DNA from: Trypanosoma brucei
Taxonomy: Eukaryota
Direction of reading: 5' to 3'
Length of the DNA stretch: 64,000 nt
Assembly: GCA_000002445.1 (NCBI GenBank)
Contig: CM000207.1
Span: forward strand, 2,016,001 to 2,080,000
A model generated the notes under the pieces. It worked only from the letters and a program-made list of their open reading frames with translations, was not told the origin of the DNA and made no database searches. A program made the position numbers and the translations under genes. Of this stretch, positions 20,917 to 31,869 are shown one piece after another (within the stretch, counting starts at the first letter, position 1; each line of letters opens with the position of its first letter).

Positions 20917-20921
20917 TTTTT
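20917..20921 (+). terminator. RNA polymerase III oligo-T terminator of the tRNA-Gly gene
   Basis: A TTTTT run begins 4 nt after the tRNA 3' end (gcaTCGTTTTTctg). Confidence 0.7.
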
Positions 20922-21657
20922 CTGCCGCATGCAGAACCCACCATTTTTTTTTACTTATTTTGGAACGAACTTGCTATTTTTTTTTGTTTGGTTGCTGTTG
21001 TTTGTTTGCCATCATTTCGCTACGGTGACGATAATTCCCCGCCACGCTTTGTCTCCACATTTGCAAAACTTACGCTAACGGAGGGTGCTGTAGAAATATG
21101 AGCGTCCCCCGGAGGCACCGCAAGTCCGCTTGGTACATCAAACCTCAGAGACGAGAAGGGACGAAACTCGTTTAGACCCGATGTTGGTCGGAACGGGCCA
21201 TTCACACAGGTTTCACCGTCGCCGACCCAGCTCACCATACAAAACTACCCCTCCCGCTTAACATCCACGGACACCGAGACGCTCATATGATAATAACTAC
21301 GATTTCGCAGTTGCTGTTTCACAGCGTGTATGAACTGTTTCAAACCACACACGCCAAATGACGCGACACAACAAACTAATAAACACACAGTAAAAAAAAT
21401 GAATGAGCATCCAACTGCGCAAATTCATTGATAGAGAACGCCTGTAAACAAAACCACAAACAATGCAGCCATGTCCACACTAGAAGCGTATAGCACTGTT
21501 ACCTCTCACTAAAGTGTTAAACGGGAACTGCAGCTGCTGCGCTACAGAGTCGATAGTCACAGCGTCCCTCGGTGTTTGCATCCGGAGAGATGATGACGGG
21601 AGGGAACCATTTCCAGCTTCTTTTTCCCACTTCTTTTTTTTTCAGGAGCTTGTAACG

Positions 21658-22050
21658 CTATGCACTCTCTCCGGAGCGTCGCGAGACCTCCAATTCCTCC
21701 TCAACGGTGTCCACATCGAACCCAAGACCCCTCATTTCCTCAAGGTACCGTTGCGTTGGATCACCACTGGCGTCCATTGCTTCTTTTCGTGAGCGCTGCC
21801 TCCGCATGGCATACCCGAAGGCGGCCACACCACCGCCAAACACAAAAAATGCACGCAAGCCGCGCCACGCCAATCCCCGGAGAATCTGTGTGTTTTGCTC
21901 AAAGCACTCCGAACCAATCTTCTCCGCGATTCGCATATTCTGCCGCGTCCGCTCATCAAGCCCCAACGGCGGTTTTTCACCACCACCACCACCATCCCCG
22001 CTCATTGCCATACGCCAAGCTGAATGCGTTTCGGCTAAATAATTCCACAC
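21658..22050 (-). CDS. Small hypothetical membrane protein (single glycine-zipper transmembrane helix)
   Basis: The 130-aa ORF runs with the minus-strand array; the probable start is the internal Met (MAMSGDGGGGGEK). It has a Gly-rich N-terminus, one helix (GLAWRGLRAFFVFGGGVAAFGYAM) and a charged C-terminus. A polypyrimidine tract lies on the minus strand about 100 to 140 nt upstream. Overlapping antisense ORFs add uncertainty. Confidence 0.3.
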   Translation of the reverse strand: MWNYLAETHSAWRMAMSGDGGGGGEKPPLGLDERTRQNMRIAEKIGSECFEQNTQILRGLAWRGLRAFFVFGGGVAAFGYAMRRQRSRKEAMDASGDPTQRYLEEMRGLGFDVDTVEEELEVSRRSGESA

Positions 22051-23538
22051 ACTATGTCCCCCTTAACTGTATGAGTGTTTCCCCGATCGCTTCCTTTATC
22101 CGCTTGCTTGTTTGGAGAAGGTACTTCGTTCGCCCTATTGCCCGTGTATGCAGCAAGGTAAACAACAAAAAAACACATGAAAGAAGTGGAGTGGGCCACT
22201 GGAGATGCAAATGTCTTCGCCATCGAGTACACACTCATGTTGTTGGTTAAAGGCATCCGTCTGCTTTGAGTACGGCCTGTTCTGCGTTAAGTGGGGTGGA
22301 AACATAATAATTTTAAACATGGCGCCATCTCAAGGAGTGGTGAAACTTCTGCCCACGCCGGCAAGATGTGTACAGTACGGTGCGACAGTTGATAACGCGC
22401 AACACAACGCGGAAAGGGAAGGGAAGGGAAAGTAAAGTAAAGGGGGCGGGAGGGGGAAAGAAAAAGGCTAAAACAAATTTGAGGTGGAAGCAGCGGGTAT
22501 AAAAAGTAAAATGATTGGGGAGCGATTGTCTCCTCACAATGCCACTTTCCTCCCTCGAAAAAAAAAAAAACTCGCGCGCAGCTCACAAAAAATGTTTCCT
22601 TCAAATGCGTTTCCCCTTCCCTCACAACTCTACAACTTGTTCCCAACGCGCCACCGGCAGGAAAATATCTCGGAGAGGGGGAAAAAGAAAAGAGGCCGAT
22701 GCGCAAAAAACGACGGCGCGGAGCATCACGTGGTTATCGGCAACCGCTGTGGTGGTCGAGCCGATGTTTGGAGGTCGTAAAAACCAGCGATGATCCGCAG
22801 ACACGAACGTGTGAAGTTTTCGCCCTCTCGTAGGCGAAAGTGGCGATAAACCACAAACTTTTTTTTTGTGTATTGAGAGAGCGGAATTCCGGTTTTACCC
22901 CTTTGAGTTGTTCTTTGGTCGTGAGGGATTGAAGAGGGGGACAAAACAAGATAGCGGAGAGCACCTCATTTCCTCCCTTCATCATGCCGCTAGCCATTCC
23001 TCCTCATCGTCATATACGCCCAACGCGTGGCACTCCCCTTCAATTGTTATGAACAAAAATTCAATAAAAGCAGGCAAGGATACCGAACAAAAACAGAAAA
23101 GAAAAAAAGACAACCAAACGGGAAACTGCCGCCGAGGACTCTAGCCACGTTGACCTGCAAATGCTGCCTCACTTCAGCCGGATGCCATTTCACCCCTCCG
23201 TACCTCAAGGGAAAGAAGATTTGGCCGCTTTTACTTCTTTTTTAAAAAAAAAGAAAAATATCTCTGCCTTCTTCCTCTTTGGCGCCACAAAGGTGAAGGG
23301 ACGTAGCAAGTGATCAAATACAGTTAGATAGATATGGCGGATAGAAACACCGCAGTAGAGTTATACGTATATGCGAGCGTGTATTATAGATGTCACAAAG
23401 GCAATTCCACGTGCCTAGGTCCATACAGCCAATAGTTTGTGGTTTCCCCACGCACGCACCACCTTTTACCACGAAAAAATTAAAAAAAACCCGTACACCG
23501 AGAGTGAAGCAACAGCCACATCATCGTGCCTATCGGGT

Positions 23539-24036
23539 TTAACTTCGAAGCCTTGGTCGCCGAATGTGCAGCTGACGCGCGGGACTGGTGTTTCGGCTAC
23601 CCGCGCTGCTGACACTAGGGGCACATACGCTCGAGGCGCTCGTCGGGAGGTTGATTAGCGATGGTTGAGTCTGCAGACGACCTCCAAACGGCCTGCGTGC
23701 GGAAGGACTCGACATTCTCGTTGTGCGGCTGTCCCGTCCCGGTGTTGCTTCCCTTTGAGTGTCTCCCCCCGTTCCCCTCATTTGAAGGTTAGATGTTGGG
23801 GAGGGGCGTCGCAACGGCGTGGTGGGACACTTTTGGTGTAGAGTATCCACTTTCTTCCCCAGGATAGTCACGACTGCCTGGAGGTTGCGGCAATCTGCCT
23901 CTCTATCTGCTAACTCCTGCGTGACTCTCGCAAGTTTTTCTTCAAATGTGTCCCTCTGGCGGCGCAGCTCGGCTTCAAATATAACCTTCTGCCGAAGAAG
24001 CTCCGCACGGAAAGCATCTAACTCATCAGAACTCAT
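23539..24036 (-). CDS. Hypothetical coiled-coil protein with Ser/Pro/Arg-rich tail
   Basis: The 165-aa ORF has an N-terminal heptad region (LDAFRAELLRQKVIFEAELRRQRDTFEEKLARVTQELADREADCRNLQAVV) followed by an S/P/R/T-rich C-terminal half. Orientation fits the array. Confidence 0.4.
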   Translation of the reverse strand: MSSDELDAFRAELLRQKVIFEAELRRQRDTFEEKLARVTQELADREADCRNLQAVVTILGKKVDTLHQKCPTTPLRRPSPTSNLQMRGTGGDTQREATPGRDSRTTRMSSPSARRPFGGRLQTQPSLINLPTSASSVCAPSVSSAGSRNTSPARQLHIRRPRLRS

Positions 24037-24444
24037 ACTGACACAACAGGCAGCGGGGTGCCAAATGTTTAATGAACCTCCAAGGTGATTCCCTTCTATA
24101 AATGTTGCTTTTTTCCCTTTAAATTCTTCTCCCTATCCTCAACGGCTTCCTTAACCTACCCAACTGCATTCAAAGAGGAGGAGATGATGCCAATAAGCAA
24201 TGATAAGAGGTACCAACGATGTGCTGACGTGAAAGGTTGTCTAGTCTTCCACAACTCTTGTTTGGAAACCAATGAACATATATATTAATTACGCGCCTCC
24301 AACAGCCTTAGCTGCACGTGTTGGAAACAAAAACGAAGGTAATCATCCGACGCAGGTAAAAGAGGAAGTAGGGAATATCTTGTGACTCGCCATCGGAAAC
24401 TCGCATTGCCTGCACACGCAAGCGACAACCAACATGTACCACCA

Positions 24445-26517
24445 TCAGTACACGTCCTTCAAGTATCTACCTTCCCGCTCCATCCTCGCCAGGAACTCAA
24501 CTGCTGCCTCTTCGGCGAATCCACCATACTCCAGCAACTTTAATATTGCCTTGTCCACGCTACGCGATACCCGTGATGCATCACCCGAAATGTAAATAAG
24601 ACAACCACCGCCCACGCGACTGGTCAAGAGTTTCAGGAGGTAATCTTGGTGTTTCTCCAAAAGGTGTGTGACATAGTACTTCTCAGGTTGATCCCGGCTG
24701 AATGCAGCATCAACTAGTGTCAACACGGAGTCACAGCGTACACCGGCAGAAGGAAGTTTCCCCTCACCGTGTGGACACCATTGGCGCACCTCACGCTCCA
24801 CAAAATATTCCGATGAGCGGTTTCGATTACCAAAGAAGAGAACCATGGGCCCATGTTCGACCGCAGCTTGCTTCTTCAGCATCGCCTCCCGTCTGTAGCA
24901 GAAACCGATCATTGAAGCAACGCCGGTTCCAGGACCGATCATCACCACCGGGCGCCCGCTACACTTTTGGGGGAGGTGAAACGTTGACTTGCGAACAAAT
25001 GCGGTTACTTTGGCTCCAACGGAAAGGTGGTGAAGAAATAAGGAGTTTACGCCATCCGGAATGATGCGGATGAATGCCTCCACTGTCGTGGGGTGCGTTA
25101 ACATATCCGATGCAATAGAATAGAACCTGGGTTGCATTCGTGGCATCGCTTCCACAAAGTGCCCGACAGGAAGCCTTCCACGCCAACTACAAAACATTTT
25201 CAGGCAATCCAGAACGGTATAATGGCCTCTGCGGTAGGATGGTGTCGATGTTCCAAACTCTGCTACAGCATTGAGAGAATGTCCTCCACGAAGAAAATCA
25301 ATCATTGCTGTTTTTTCCTCAATTTCCGAGCAGTACCTTGCCAGGAGGCGCAACATGGACTTCCGAGGTTTGCCACACAAATCCAGGTACCGCTCGAACA
25401 CCGTTCTCAGTGTTACACGCGCAGGAAGAGTATTTCGCAACGAAGCTCTAGCGCGTGCATTAACGGGCGAGCACAACTCCACTGGCTTTGTCCAGTCCGT
25501 CAAGGGGATGTTCAAAACCTGCCTATAAGCTTCAACTACATCAGGTGGATTAGCGGGGTAAATTCCCAAATGGTCACCCGCCTGATACTTTACAGTGTGA
25601 CCGCCAAAGCCCAATACGAGATGCAGCACATAGGAGCCATCTTCTCGCTCGCTCGTTCGCCTCGTTTTGGCTTCCAACACAAACTGCCCCGGATATTGTC
25701 CAGACGGTTCCAGCAACGACGGTGGTGGAGCAAAAGGCAGTGTATCCGCTGGTTTATCCGGTATGAAGCGGAACAGTAACTGTGGTTGTGGTGGTTTGTC
25801 CGACAACGCCTCCAGTTTCATTCCGCATGTTTCTTCAAGTTTCTTCGTGAGAGTCTCCTCCCACGCGTCGAAAAGATCATCCCTCAGAGGGTCACGTGCG
25901 TCGCCGATACCAATAGGAACCAGTTCCGTTCCTCCACCCTTTTGCAGTAGCCCATCGACATCAACCCCCGCCCGGCAGAAATACTTGTACGAACTCTCCC
26001 CCAAAGCGAACACGGCGTAGAAGACGTCCTTAAACGGCTCAGCACCTTCTTCCAAACCCCTGCGCACCACCGCCTTCATTTGTATGAAGAGGGAGAAAAA
26101 GTTGTCAGGCACCTCCCCTTCACCTGTGGTTGACACAACAAACACCACTACGGGCATCTGGGTGCCTTTACTTGCTGGAAAAAGTGGTTGTTGAGGAGTA
26201 TGTTGAGCAAGATAAGGCCACGCGGAAGGGTCAATGAGTGCGATGTCAGCACCCCGTTCTCGCAGATTGGTCACGAGGGTCTTGGCATACATTTCAGCAT
26301 TTCCAGAAACACTTCCGTAGATCACTAATATCGCTTCGTCCTGATAAGTTTGGCACCCCTTGCTCGCTTGCCCGTTCTGCAGCATATTCGCGTATTTGGC
26401 CGAGAGTGACCGTTCATTGGGCAGACAACCCCTCCGCGTAACCCATACGCGCACCGCAAAGGCCACTAGGCACGTCCCCGCGAGGATACCAGATGCGGTG
26501 CAGAACCGACGAAACAT
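24445..26517 (-). CDS. CPR: NADPH-cytochrome P450 reductase (diflavin FMN/FAD/NADPH oxidoreductase)
   Basis: There is an N-terminal membrane anchor, a flavodoxin-like FMN domain (VIYGSVSGNAEMYAKTL, FALGESSYKYFCRAG), the FAD motif RFYSIASDM, the NADPH motif VMIGPGTGVASMIGF, and a C-terminal GRYLKDVY resembling the CPR tail. Confidence 0.9.
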   Translation of the reverse strand: MFRRFCTASGILAGTCLVAFAVRVWVTRRGCLPNERSLSAKYANMLQNGQASKGCQTYQDEAILVIYGSVSGNAEMYAKTLVTNLRERGADIALIDPSAWPYLAQHTPQQPLFPASKGTQMPVVVFVVSTTGEGEVPDNFFSLFIQMKAVVRRGLEEGAEPFKDVFYAVFALGESSYKYFCRAGVDVDGLLQKGGGTELVPIGIGDARDPLRDDLFDAWEETLTKKLEETCGMKLEALSDKPPQPQLLFRFIPDKPADTLPFAPPPSLLEPSGQYPGQFVLEAKTRRTSEREDGSYVLHLVLGFGGHTVKYQAGDHLGIYPANPPDVVEAYRQVLNIPLTDWTKPVELCSPVNARARASLRNTLPARVTLRTVFERYLDLCGKPRKSMLRLLARYCSEIEEKTAMIDFLRGGHSLNAVAEFGTSTPSYRRGHYTVLDCLKMFCSWRGRLPVGHFVEAMPRMQPRFYSIASDMLTHPTTVEAFIRIIPDGVNSLFLHHLSVGAKVTAFVRKSTFHLPQKCSGRPVVMIGPGTGVASMIGFCYRREAMLKKQAAVEHGPMVLFFGNRNRSSEYFVEREVRQWCPHGEGKLPSAGVRCDSVLTLVDAAFSRDQPEKYYVTHLLEKHQDYLLKLLTSRVGGGCLIYISGDASRVSRSVDKAILKLLEYGGFAEEAAVEFLARMEREGRYLKDVY

Positions 26518-26976
26518 CCTTCATAGAACCTGGAGTCCCTTTTTAGTTATTGTTGTTGTTTTTACAAAAAAAAAAATGGACGTCAAAAGGGTGGATAACA
26601 AATAAAGGGAGCCATTGCTAACACACGGGGCCTCCGAGCGGTAGAACATACGACAGGATAGGGGTGGAAACACAACACACTGATACATGTTTATACGCTA
26701 GGTTTAACCGTTGGAAATTACTTTCTCATTAAGCGCAGACTTGTGTGTGCGTGGAACATGCACACCACCTGCGCTGGTGCCGCGGCTGTTCCTCTCCGCC
26801 ATCAGACCCTCATTCCACCGCAGGAACTCCTTGTTTATGATCTCCCCTCGCTTTGATCCAACCGCCCAATAAAACAACACTTCACAACGTGCACACCGCT
26901 GTTTGCTGTAGGAACGAGTGAAACGGCAGAGGAAATACTAATAAAAACAGAGTTTGAATGGGTGTGTTAGCGACAT

Positions 26977-28266
26977 CTAGTGTCCCTTCTCCGGGTTCCG
27001 CATCTTCCGCTTCACGGGGGCCCGGGGCGCTGGCGACGAGAAACTCTTCTTTCCTTCCACTAATGGCCGCAAATCCTTCGGTATTTTCCTTCGAGGGTTT
27101 GTCACAACTCCCATCCACGGAGGTTGATCATCTACAGGCCCCTGCACCTTTGTCTTTCCTTCTGTACGCATTCGCTTTCCGTTTCCCTCCGCCCCTTGTG
27201 AACGACTATCGGCCACTTCACCCCGAGTCCCAAGCTTGCGCTTCTCTCGTCGAGTTGCCTTTGATGCCGTAACAGCCTTAGATTTCTGTACGTGGACAAT
27301 GCGAATCTCACGATCCATGAACAGCGTACCGCGGAGAGCAATGGCAGCTGCAACGGAACCCTTGCTTTGAAATTCTACATAACCGAAACCTTTACACATG
27401 CCGGACTCTCGATCACGTACAAGGCGAACGCGTTTCACATCTCGTATCCCCTTTTCCACGAAGAAGTTCCAGAGTGCTTCCTCGTTGCTGTCGTAAGCAA
27501 CGTTCCCAACAAACACTGATGTCTCGGGCGCGTACTCGCGGCCTTCGGGGTCCAGTGTTGTCACGACAATGTGGCGACCCTCAACAACAACACCATTTTT
27601 ATCAAGTGCCTCTTTAATGGATGATTTATCCTTGAATAACACGTATGCCACAGCACTGTACTGCTCCCCCTTCTTAACGTCACCACGGAGTACACGAATA
27701 GCGCGACCCACACCCCTCGGCTGAACTGTCGCCTCGCCGCCGTTAAGATCCTTCTCTCCTTCCAGAGCTTGCGCCCGGATACGTACCGACTCGATGGGAC
27801 CACAGGTTTTGAATACTTTCTCCAAAACACGGCGTTTGACATCATTCACAAGATTTCCCACGAAAACGGTGCGGCTGTCTTCCTCCTCATTTTGGTGGAG
27901 GGCGTGACGAAGTTGTTTTTTGCGTCCGTCTGGCTTGCTCTCCCCAACTTCATCGCCACCGGTTGTATTGTCTACAATCACCGTCCGAAATATTTCATCC
28001 TCCGTCGCCGACTCTCCTTTTCCCTTCCATGTGCCATTCTTCCTTGATACACCCTCCTCAATCCGAAGTCGCTGCTTTTCCCTACGTGTTGCTTTTCTCA
28101 CCTCCGGGGCAACAGCAAATATGTCAAATGCCGCTTTTTTCGTCGGTTCAAACACGGTGGAGGTCGCCACAACACTGTTTTTGCTAGTCCCTTTTTTTTT
28201 CAGCTTTTCACTCGGAGAGGTCGATGACGGAGTTGCGGCCCCAAACAGCTCAGCGGTGAGCGACAT
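26977..28266 (-). CDS. RNA-binding protein with two RRM domains (nucleolar RBM34/Nop12-like)
   Basis: RRM signatures are present: TVFVGNLVNDVKRRVLEKVF, SVFVGNVAYDSNEEALWNFF and KGFGYVEF (RNP-1). There are K-rich N-terminal and C-terminal regions. The ORF-track start at 28500 runs through low-complexity sequence, so the start is placed at the MSLTAELFG Met (28266). Confidence 0.7.
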   Translation of the reverse strand: MSLTAELFGAATPSSTSPSEKLKKKGTSKNSVVATSTVFEPTKKAAFDIFAVAPEVRKATRREKQRLRIEEGVSRKNGTWKGKGESATEDEIFRTVIVDNTTGGDEVGESKPDGRKKQLRHALHQNEEEDSRTVFVGNLVNDVKRRVLEKVFKTCGPIESVRIRAQALEGEKDLNGGEATVQPRGVGRAIRVLRGDVKKGEQYSAVAYVLFKDKSSIKEALDKNGVVVEGRHIVVTTLDPEGREYAPETSVFVGNVAYDSNEEALWNFFVEKGIRDVKRVRLVRDRESGMCKGFGYVEFQSKGSVAAAIALRGTLFMDREIRIVHVQKSKAVTASKATRREKRKLGTRGEVADSRSQGAEGNGKRMRTEGKTKVQGPVDDQPPWMGVVTNPRRKIPKDLRPLVEGKKSFSSPAPRAPVKRKMRNPEKGH

Positions 28267-28509
28267 GCGTATGTTTGTAAGCCCTTTGCTTTTTTTTCTT
28301 TGCGCAGTAAGTAAACGAAAGGACAAAGGGGGGAAAAGTAGGGACCGGACCCAACTACTAAGCAAATTAACTGGTGGAACAGGGAGTGGTGGCACACGCT
28401 TAGAAAACAGCGGAGAGTTGTTGGTGTGCACGTAGTACTCACGCGCACAAAAAAAACAATGATAAGGGTAAATAATAACGGGAGGAAAACCTACTTGCAA
28501 GAAACGAAC

Positions 28510-29580
28510 TCACGTACTTCCCCCACGCACTTCACCATCACCGCCGTTATCGTCCTCCACGTCAGAATCAAATCCCTCATCAATAACACACCGCTTCTCA
28601 CGTTGCTCAATCATGCGACGCTTGAACTCCTCATGCGCCTTTTCCCACGACTGGCGGAATGCCTCCGCCCTGGTGGCGTCAGCACCATTACGCTCCGATA
28701 TTTTGGTCGTATCAATTATTGTCTGGTCTGTTATAAAACACCTATCCCACCACAATGTCATTCCAAGTGCCATGGATTCCTTCACCAACTGGACAACCAG
28801 CAGCCGAAGTGGGTACGCGGGTAGAGAGTGCAAAGACCAGCATCCTTCCACGGTGTCCTCGTCAACCTTTACAGGATAACGCAAGACATATCGTCGCCTC
28901 CCTCCATCCCCCTTTACGCTAAAGGAGATAACGCACGAGGAAGTATGATTTGGCTGCTCCTCTTCCTCAAGGGAGAAGTTTTGAATGTCCTTCGCCTTCG
29001 TGTTCATATTGGGTAGTATAAAGCTGACAGAGACGGTGTCTCGCGTTTGCGACCATATGTGTGACTCTCCTTCACGTCCACCATTCCGTATGAGGTTGTT
29101 GTACATCATATGATCTTCGCTTTCTCCATCGCTGTCATCATTGCACCGTGGTGTGTGCTTGTCCCCACACGGTACGCCACCACTTCTCGCAGGAGAATCA
29201 CAATTGTGTGCGGAAGCAGAACTGGCACCAATAATTCCTCCGCCATCAACTGCATTACTGCTACTCGATGTCCAAGCTGGCAACGGTGCCCCGCGGCTGT
29301 CGTTATTATTATTTTTATTATTACTTCCGCTAAGTGGCTCTCTAAAGGGTGACACTGTAGCTTGCGGCGGGGTATTAACCATATGCACACCACTTGAGCT
29401 AATTGTAACGCGGGAGGGATACTCTAACTGCGTCACCCTCGGCTTTCCGGGAGTCGCTGAATCACCGCTACCAGAATCATCGCTATCACATATTTTGTCC
29501 CATTTTGAGTAATCAATCCCGGGCATCCCCCACTTAAACACACTCGTTGTTCCATTCGAAAGATACACGAGAAATGACAA
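28510..29580 (-). CDS. CS (CHORD-SGT1/p23/NudC-like) domain protein
   Basis: The central segment IWSQTRDTVSVSFILP...ISFSVKG...LRYPVKVDEDTVEGCWSLHS...LVKESMALGMTLWWDRCF fits the CS-domain beta-sandwich pattern. Acidic S/D-rich regions flank it. Confidence 0.5.
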   Translation of the reverse strand: MSFLVYLSNGTTSVFKWGMPGIDYSKWDKICDSDDSGSGDSATPGKPRVTQLEYPSRVTISSSGVHMVNTPPQATVSPFREPLSGSNNKNNNNDSRGAPLPAWTSSSSNAVDGGGIIGASSASAHNCDSPARSGGVPCGDKHTPRCNDDSDGESEDHMMYNNLIRNGGREGESHIWSQTRDTVSVSFILPNMNTKAKDIQNFSLEEEEQPNHTSSCVISFSVKGDGGRRRYVLRYPVKVDEDTVEGCWSLHSLPAYPLRLLVVQLVKESMALGMTLWWDRCFITDQTIIDTTKISERNGADATRAEAFRQSWEKAHEEFKRRMIEQREKRCVIDEGFDSDVEDDNGGDGEVRGGST

Positions 29581-29950
29581 TTAAGCGAAACAAAAGATAA
29601 GTAAGGGAGAAGAAACAAATTGTTCAAAATTAATAAGAGTAGAGCACAAAAACACAATGGTTTAAACACGACGCGAGAGTGATCCCTACAGACATGCACT
29701 TTAATAACAGACAAGCATATGTACAGATGGATCCCCATACCGTGACACGGGGCACACGCACGTGGCCCGGTGGATGTTAAGGGGAGGACGAACGAATTAA
29801 AAGGAGACGAGAATTGTGAAAATGAGCTGGTATTGTCCGACTCCTTCACTGAACATCATGTAAAAATGAAGAGATGAGAATCGAGTGCAAAACATTTCAA
29901 CTAATAAGACACACAGCCGCTACCCTTTTTCCTCGACGGGGGGGGCAACT

Positions 29951-31642
29951 TTAGTAGTCAACCTTCACATAAGCCGATCGGCATACCGGACATGTGGGTA
30001 GAAGCGTGTCGCTGTCGCCAGATACGGCTGTCATTTCTGTATAGCGCTCAAAGGTACTGAGACAAGTGTCGTGAAAGCAATGCCCACAACTCAGTAGGAC
30101 ACCATATCGTTGCTGGCCTGTCGGATCTGCGGTCACGCAAGAAGTATTATTAACAGCACTAGGCTCGGTCGTGTGAGCCGTTGGTGACTTTTTGTCTGCT
30201 TTTTGTTTACCTTTGGGTGGTTCCGAGGCAGTCACGCGCCGTGAAGGTTGTTGAGCCCGACAACGTTTTGGTTCGCTCTTCCTCGCAGGTGGCTTCTGCG
30301 GCGGACCACCCTCTTCTCCTCCCCCTCCAAAAACTAAGCGGATGTTCGGATAGCCTTTTGGCAGCTCCATTGAAGCCTTTTCTTTAGCCCTGCGCGCTTC
30401 ATACTCCTTTCGGAAGGATGCTACAATATCCTCTGCAGTTGGCGCAGGCTCGTCTAGGACACGGTTAGGATTCGGGGGAACTCTACCTAGGCAAATGGGG
30501 CAATCAACGCCATCGGGTGACGACTTCTCCGTCCGCTCGCGAAGTGCATCCCACTGGGCTCGAGTCATGCCCTCCAGCTGAAGACGCTGTAGACGCGCTC
30601 CAATGTTGTCTAACAGCCGGGTCTGGCATTTTTCTCGGAGTGTTGCATACATGGCACACACCTCAGACACACGCGCCAGCCTCTTAGTGGCATATTCTCC
30701 GCAGAATTTACTATCGCTTTCCACGCGCATCTTCAGATAAATCTTCCTTGCCAACACGCGGCGGAAGAACGCCTGTATTTTCACTATTGCTGCCCGTTGT
30801 TCCATGGCCTTACCAGCATAAAAAACACGTTTGTGATAATGCGGGTTCCGGCACATAGGACAGCTAAGGGGTGTGGCATCGTACTTTCCACGAAGTTGCC
30901 GTGTAAAGCGCTCGAATTGCCGCAAACAGTTCTCATGGTAGACGTGGTGACAGTTCAACAGCACCTGCCCCTGCTCCATTGTGGCATAGAAGGGCTCTTG
31001 ACAAATGCAGCAAACATTTGAGCCGAGCGGCAACGTTCGCATACGGCGCAAAACCGTACCTTCTATTCGCGACCACTCATCCTCTGAGGGCGGCTGAGGC
31101 GGCAAGGGAACGAGTCCCATCTTCTGTGCGAGGGTTAGGCGTCCTCCTGGAAGCTGCGGTGGCGCCTCCTCTAATGTTGGAAGCGGACAATTAACTTTCG
31201 CACCGCGGGCAAAGTGCTCCTGCAGCGCAACAGCGCTCCACAGATGCACCTGCTCTCTGCGCTTCCCAGTGCGCCTATCACCCCACAATGCACCCATCTT
31301 CGGTCCAATGGAAGGGAGGTCTCCACCTGCCGGCGGCATCGCTACCCGGATGTTGTCGCGAATGGGTTTCTTCCTCTGACTATATCGGCTAACTATACCA
31401 ATGTCGAAACGATATACGCTGGATGAGGAAAGTAAAGATAATTGCGTCCCTACTCCGTTCTGGGAAATACAGGCAACAGACGTGACACGGACAAGAAAGT
31501 GGTAACTTTGACAACAACAATCGGATTGCATCTTCTCTAGCTCTGCGATAGTCGGGGGAACATTTTTGATTTCCTCTGGAACATAGAGAGGTTTAGACAG
31601 CAGTGCTTTTTCTCTGTAGGAAAATCGTGAGAGAACGGACAC
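29951..31642 (-). CDS. RING-H2 zinc-finger protein (probable E3 ubiquitin ligase) with IQ motif
   Basis: There are two RING-H2 fingers: CCICQEPFYATMEQGQVLLNCHHVYHENCLRQF...CPMCR and CGHCFHDTCLSTFERY...CPVCR. An IQ-like motif is present (IVKIQAFFRRVLARKIYLKMR). The exact N-terminal Met is uncertain. Confidence 0.75.
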   Translation of the reverse strand: MSVLSRFSYREKALLSKPLYVPEEIKNVPPTIAELEKMQSDCCCQSYHFLVRVTSVACISQNGVGTQLSLLSSSSVYRFDIGIVSRYSQRKKPIRDNIRVAMPPAGGDLPSIGPKMGALWGDRRTGKRREQVHLWSAVALQEHFARGAKVNCPLPTLEEAPPQLPGGRLTLAQKMGLVPLPPQPPSEDEWSRIEGTVLRRMRTLPLGSNVCCICQEPFYATMEQGQVLLNCHHVYHENCLRQFERFTRQLRGKYDATPLSCPMCRNPHYHKRVFYAGKAMEQRAAIVKIQAFFRRVLARKIYLKMRVESDSKFCGEYATKRLARVSEVCAMYATLREKCQTRLLDNIGARLQRLQLEGMTRAQWDALRERTEKSSPDGVDCPICLGRVPPNPNRVLDEPAPTAEDIVASFRKEYEARRAKEKASMELPKGYPNIRLVFGGGGEEGGPPQKPPARKSEPKRCRAQQPSRRVTASEPPKGKQKADKKSPTAHTTEPSAVNNTSCVTADPTGQQRYGVLLSCGHCFHDTCLSTFERYTEMTAVSGDSDTLLPTCPVCRSAYVKVDY

Positions 31643-31869
31643 AAACTCCTTCCGCGGTAAACACTTAAGTTACTTCCCAGAGAAATACTTCGTGAAAGTA
31701 GGTGCCGCATAACATGCGCTGGTCTTTGCATACGGTGACTATCCCCGCCTCTCTGCGCGTTGAAAGCGTGCCAGTAGGAGCGGAGGAACCCTACTGAACA
31801 GGAAACCTTGTTGATTATACCGACGCATTGTCGCTTCCCCGCTCTTCTCGCTTGCCTTGCACCTTCTTT

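Noticed and set aside
21611-22250. Strong polypyrimidine tract plus AG (ttccagcttctttttcccacttctttttttttcAGgag) immediately before a 196-aa plus-strand ORF (21660..22250)
   Set aside because: The ORF product is His/Pro/Arg-rich and protein-unlike. It is antisense to the more plausible small membrane-protein ORF and runs against the array orientation. It is probably a shadow ORF in GC-rich DNA.
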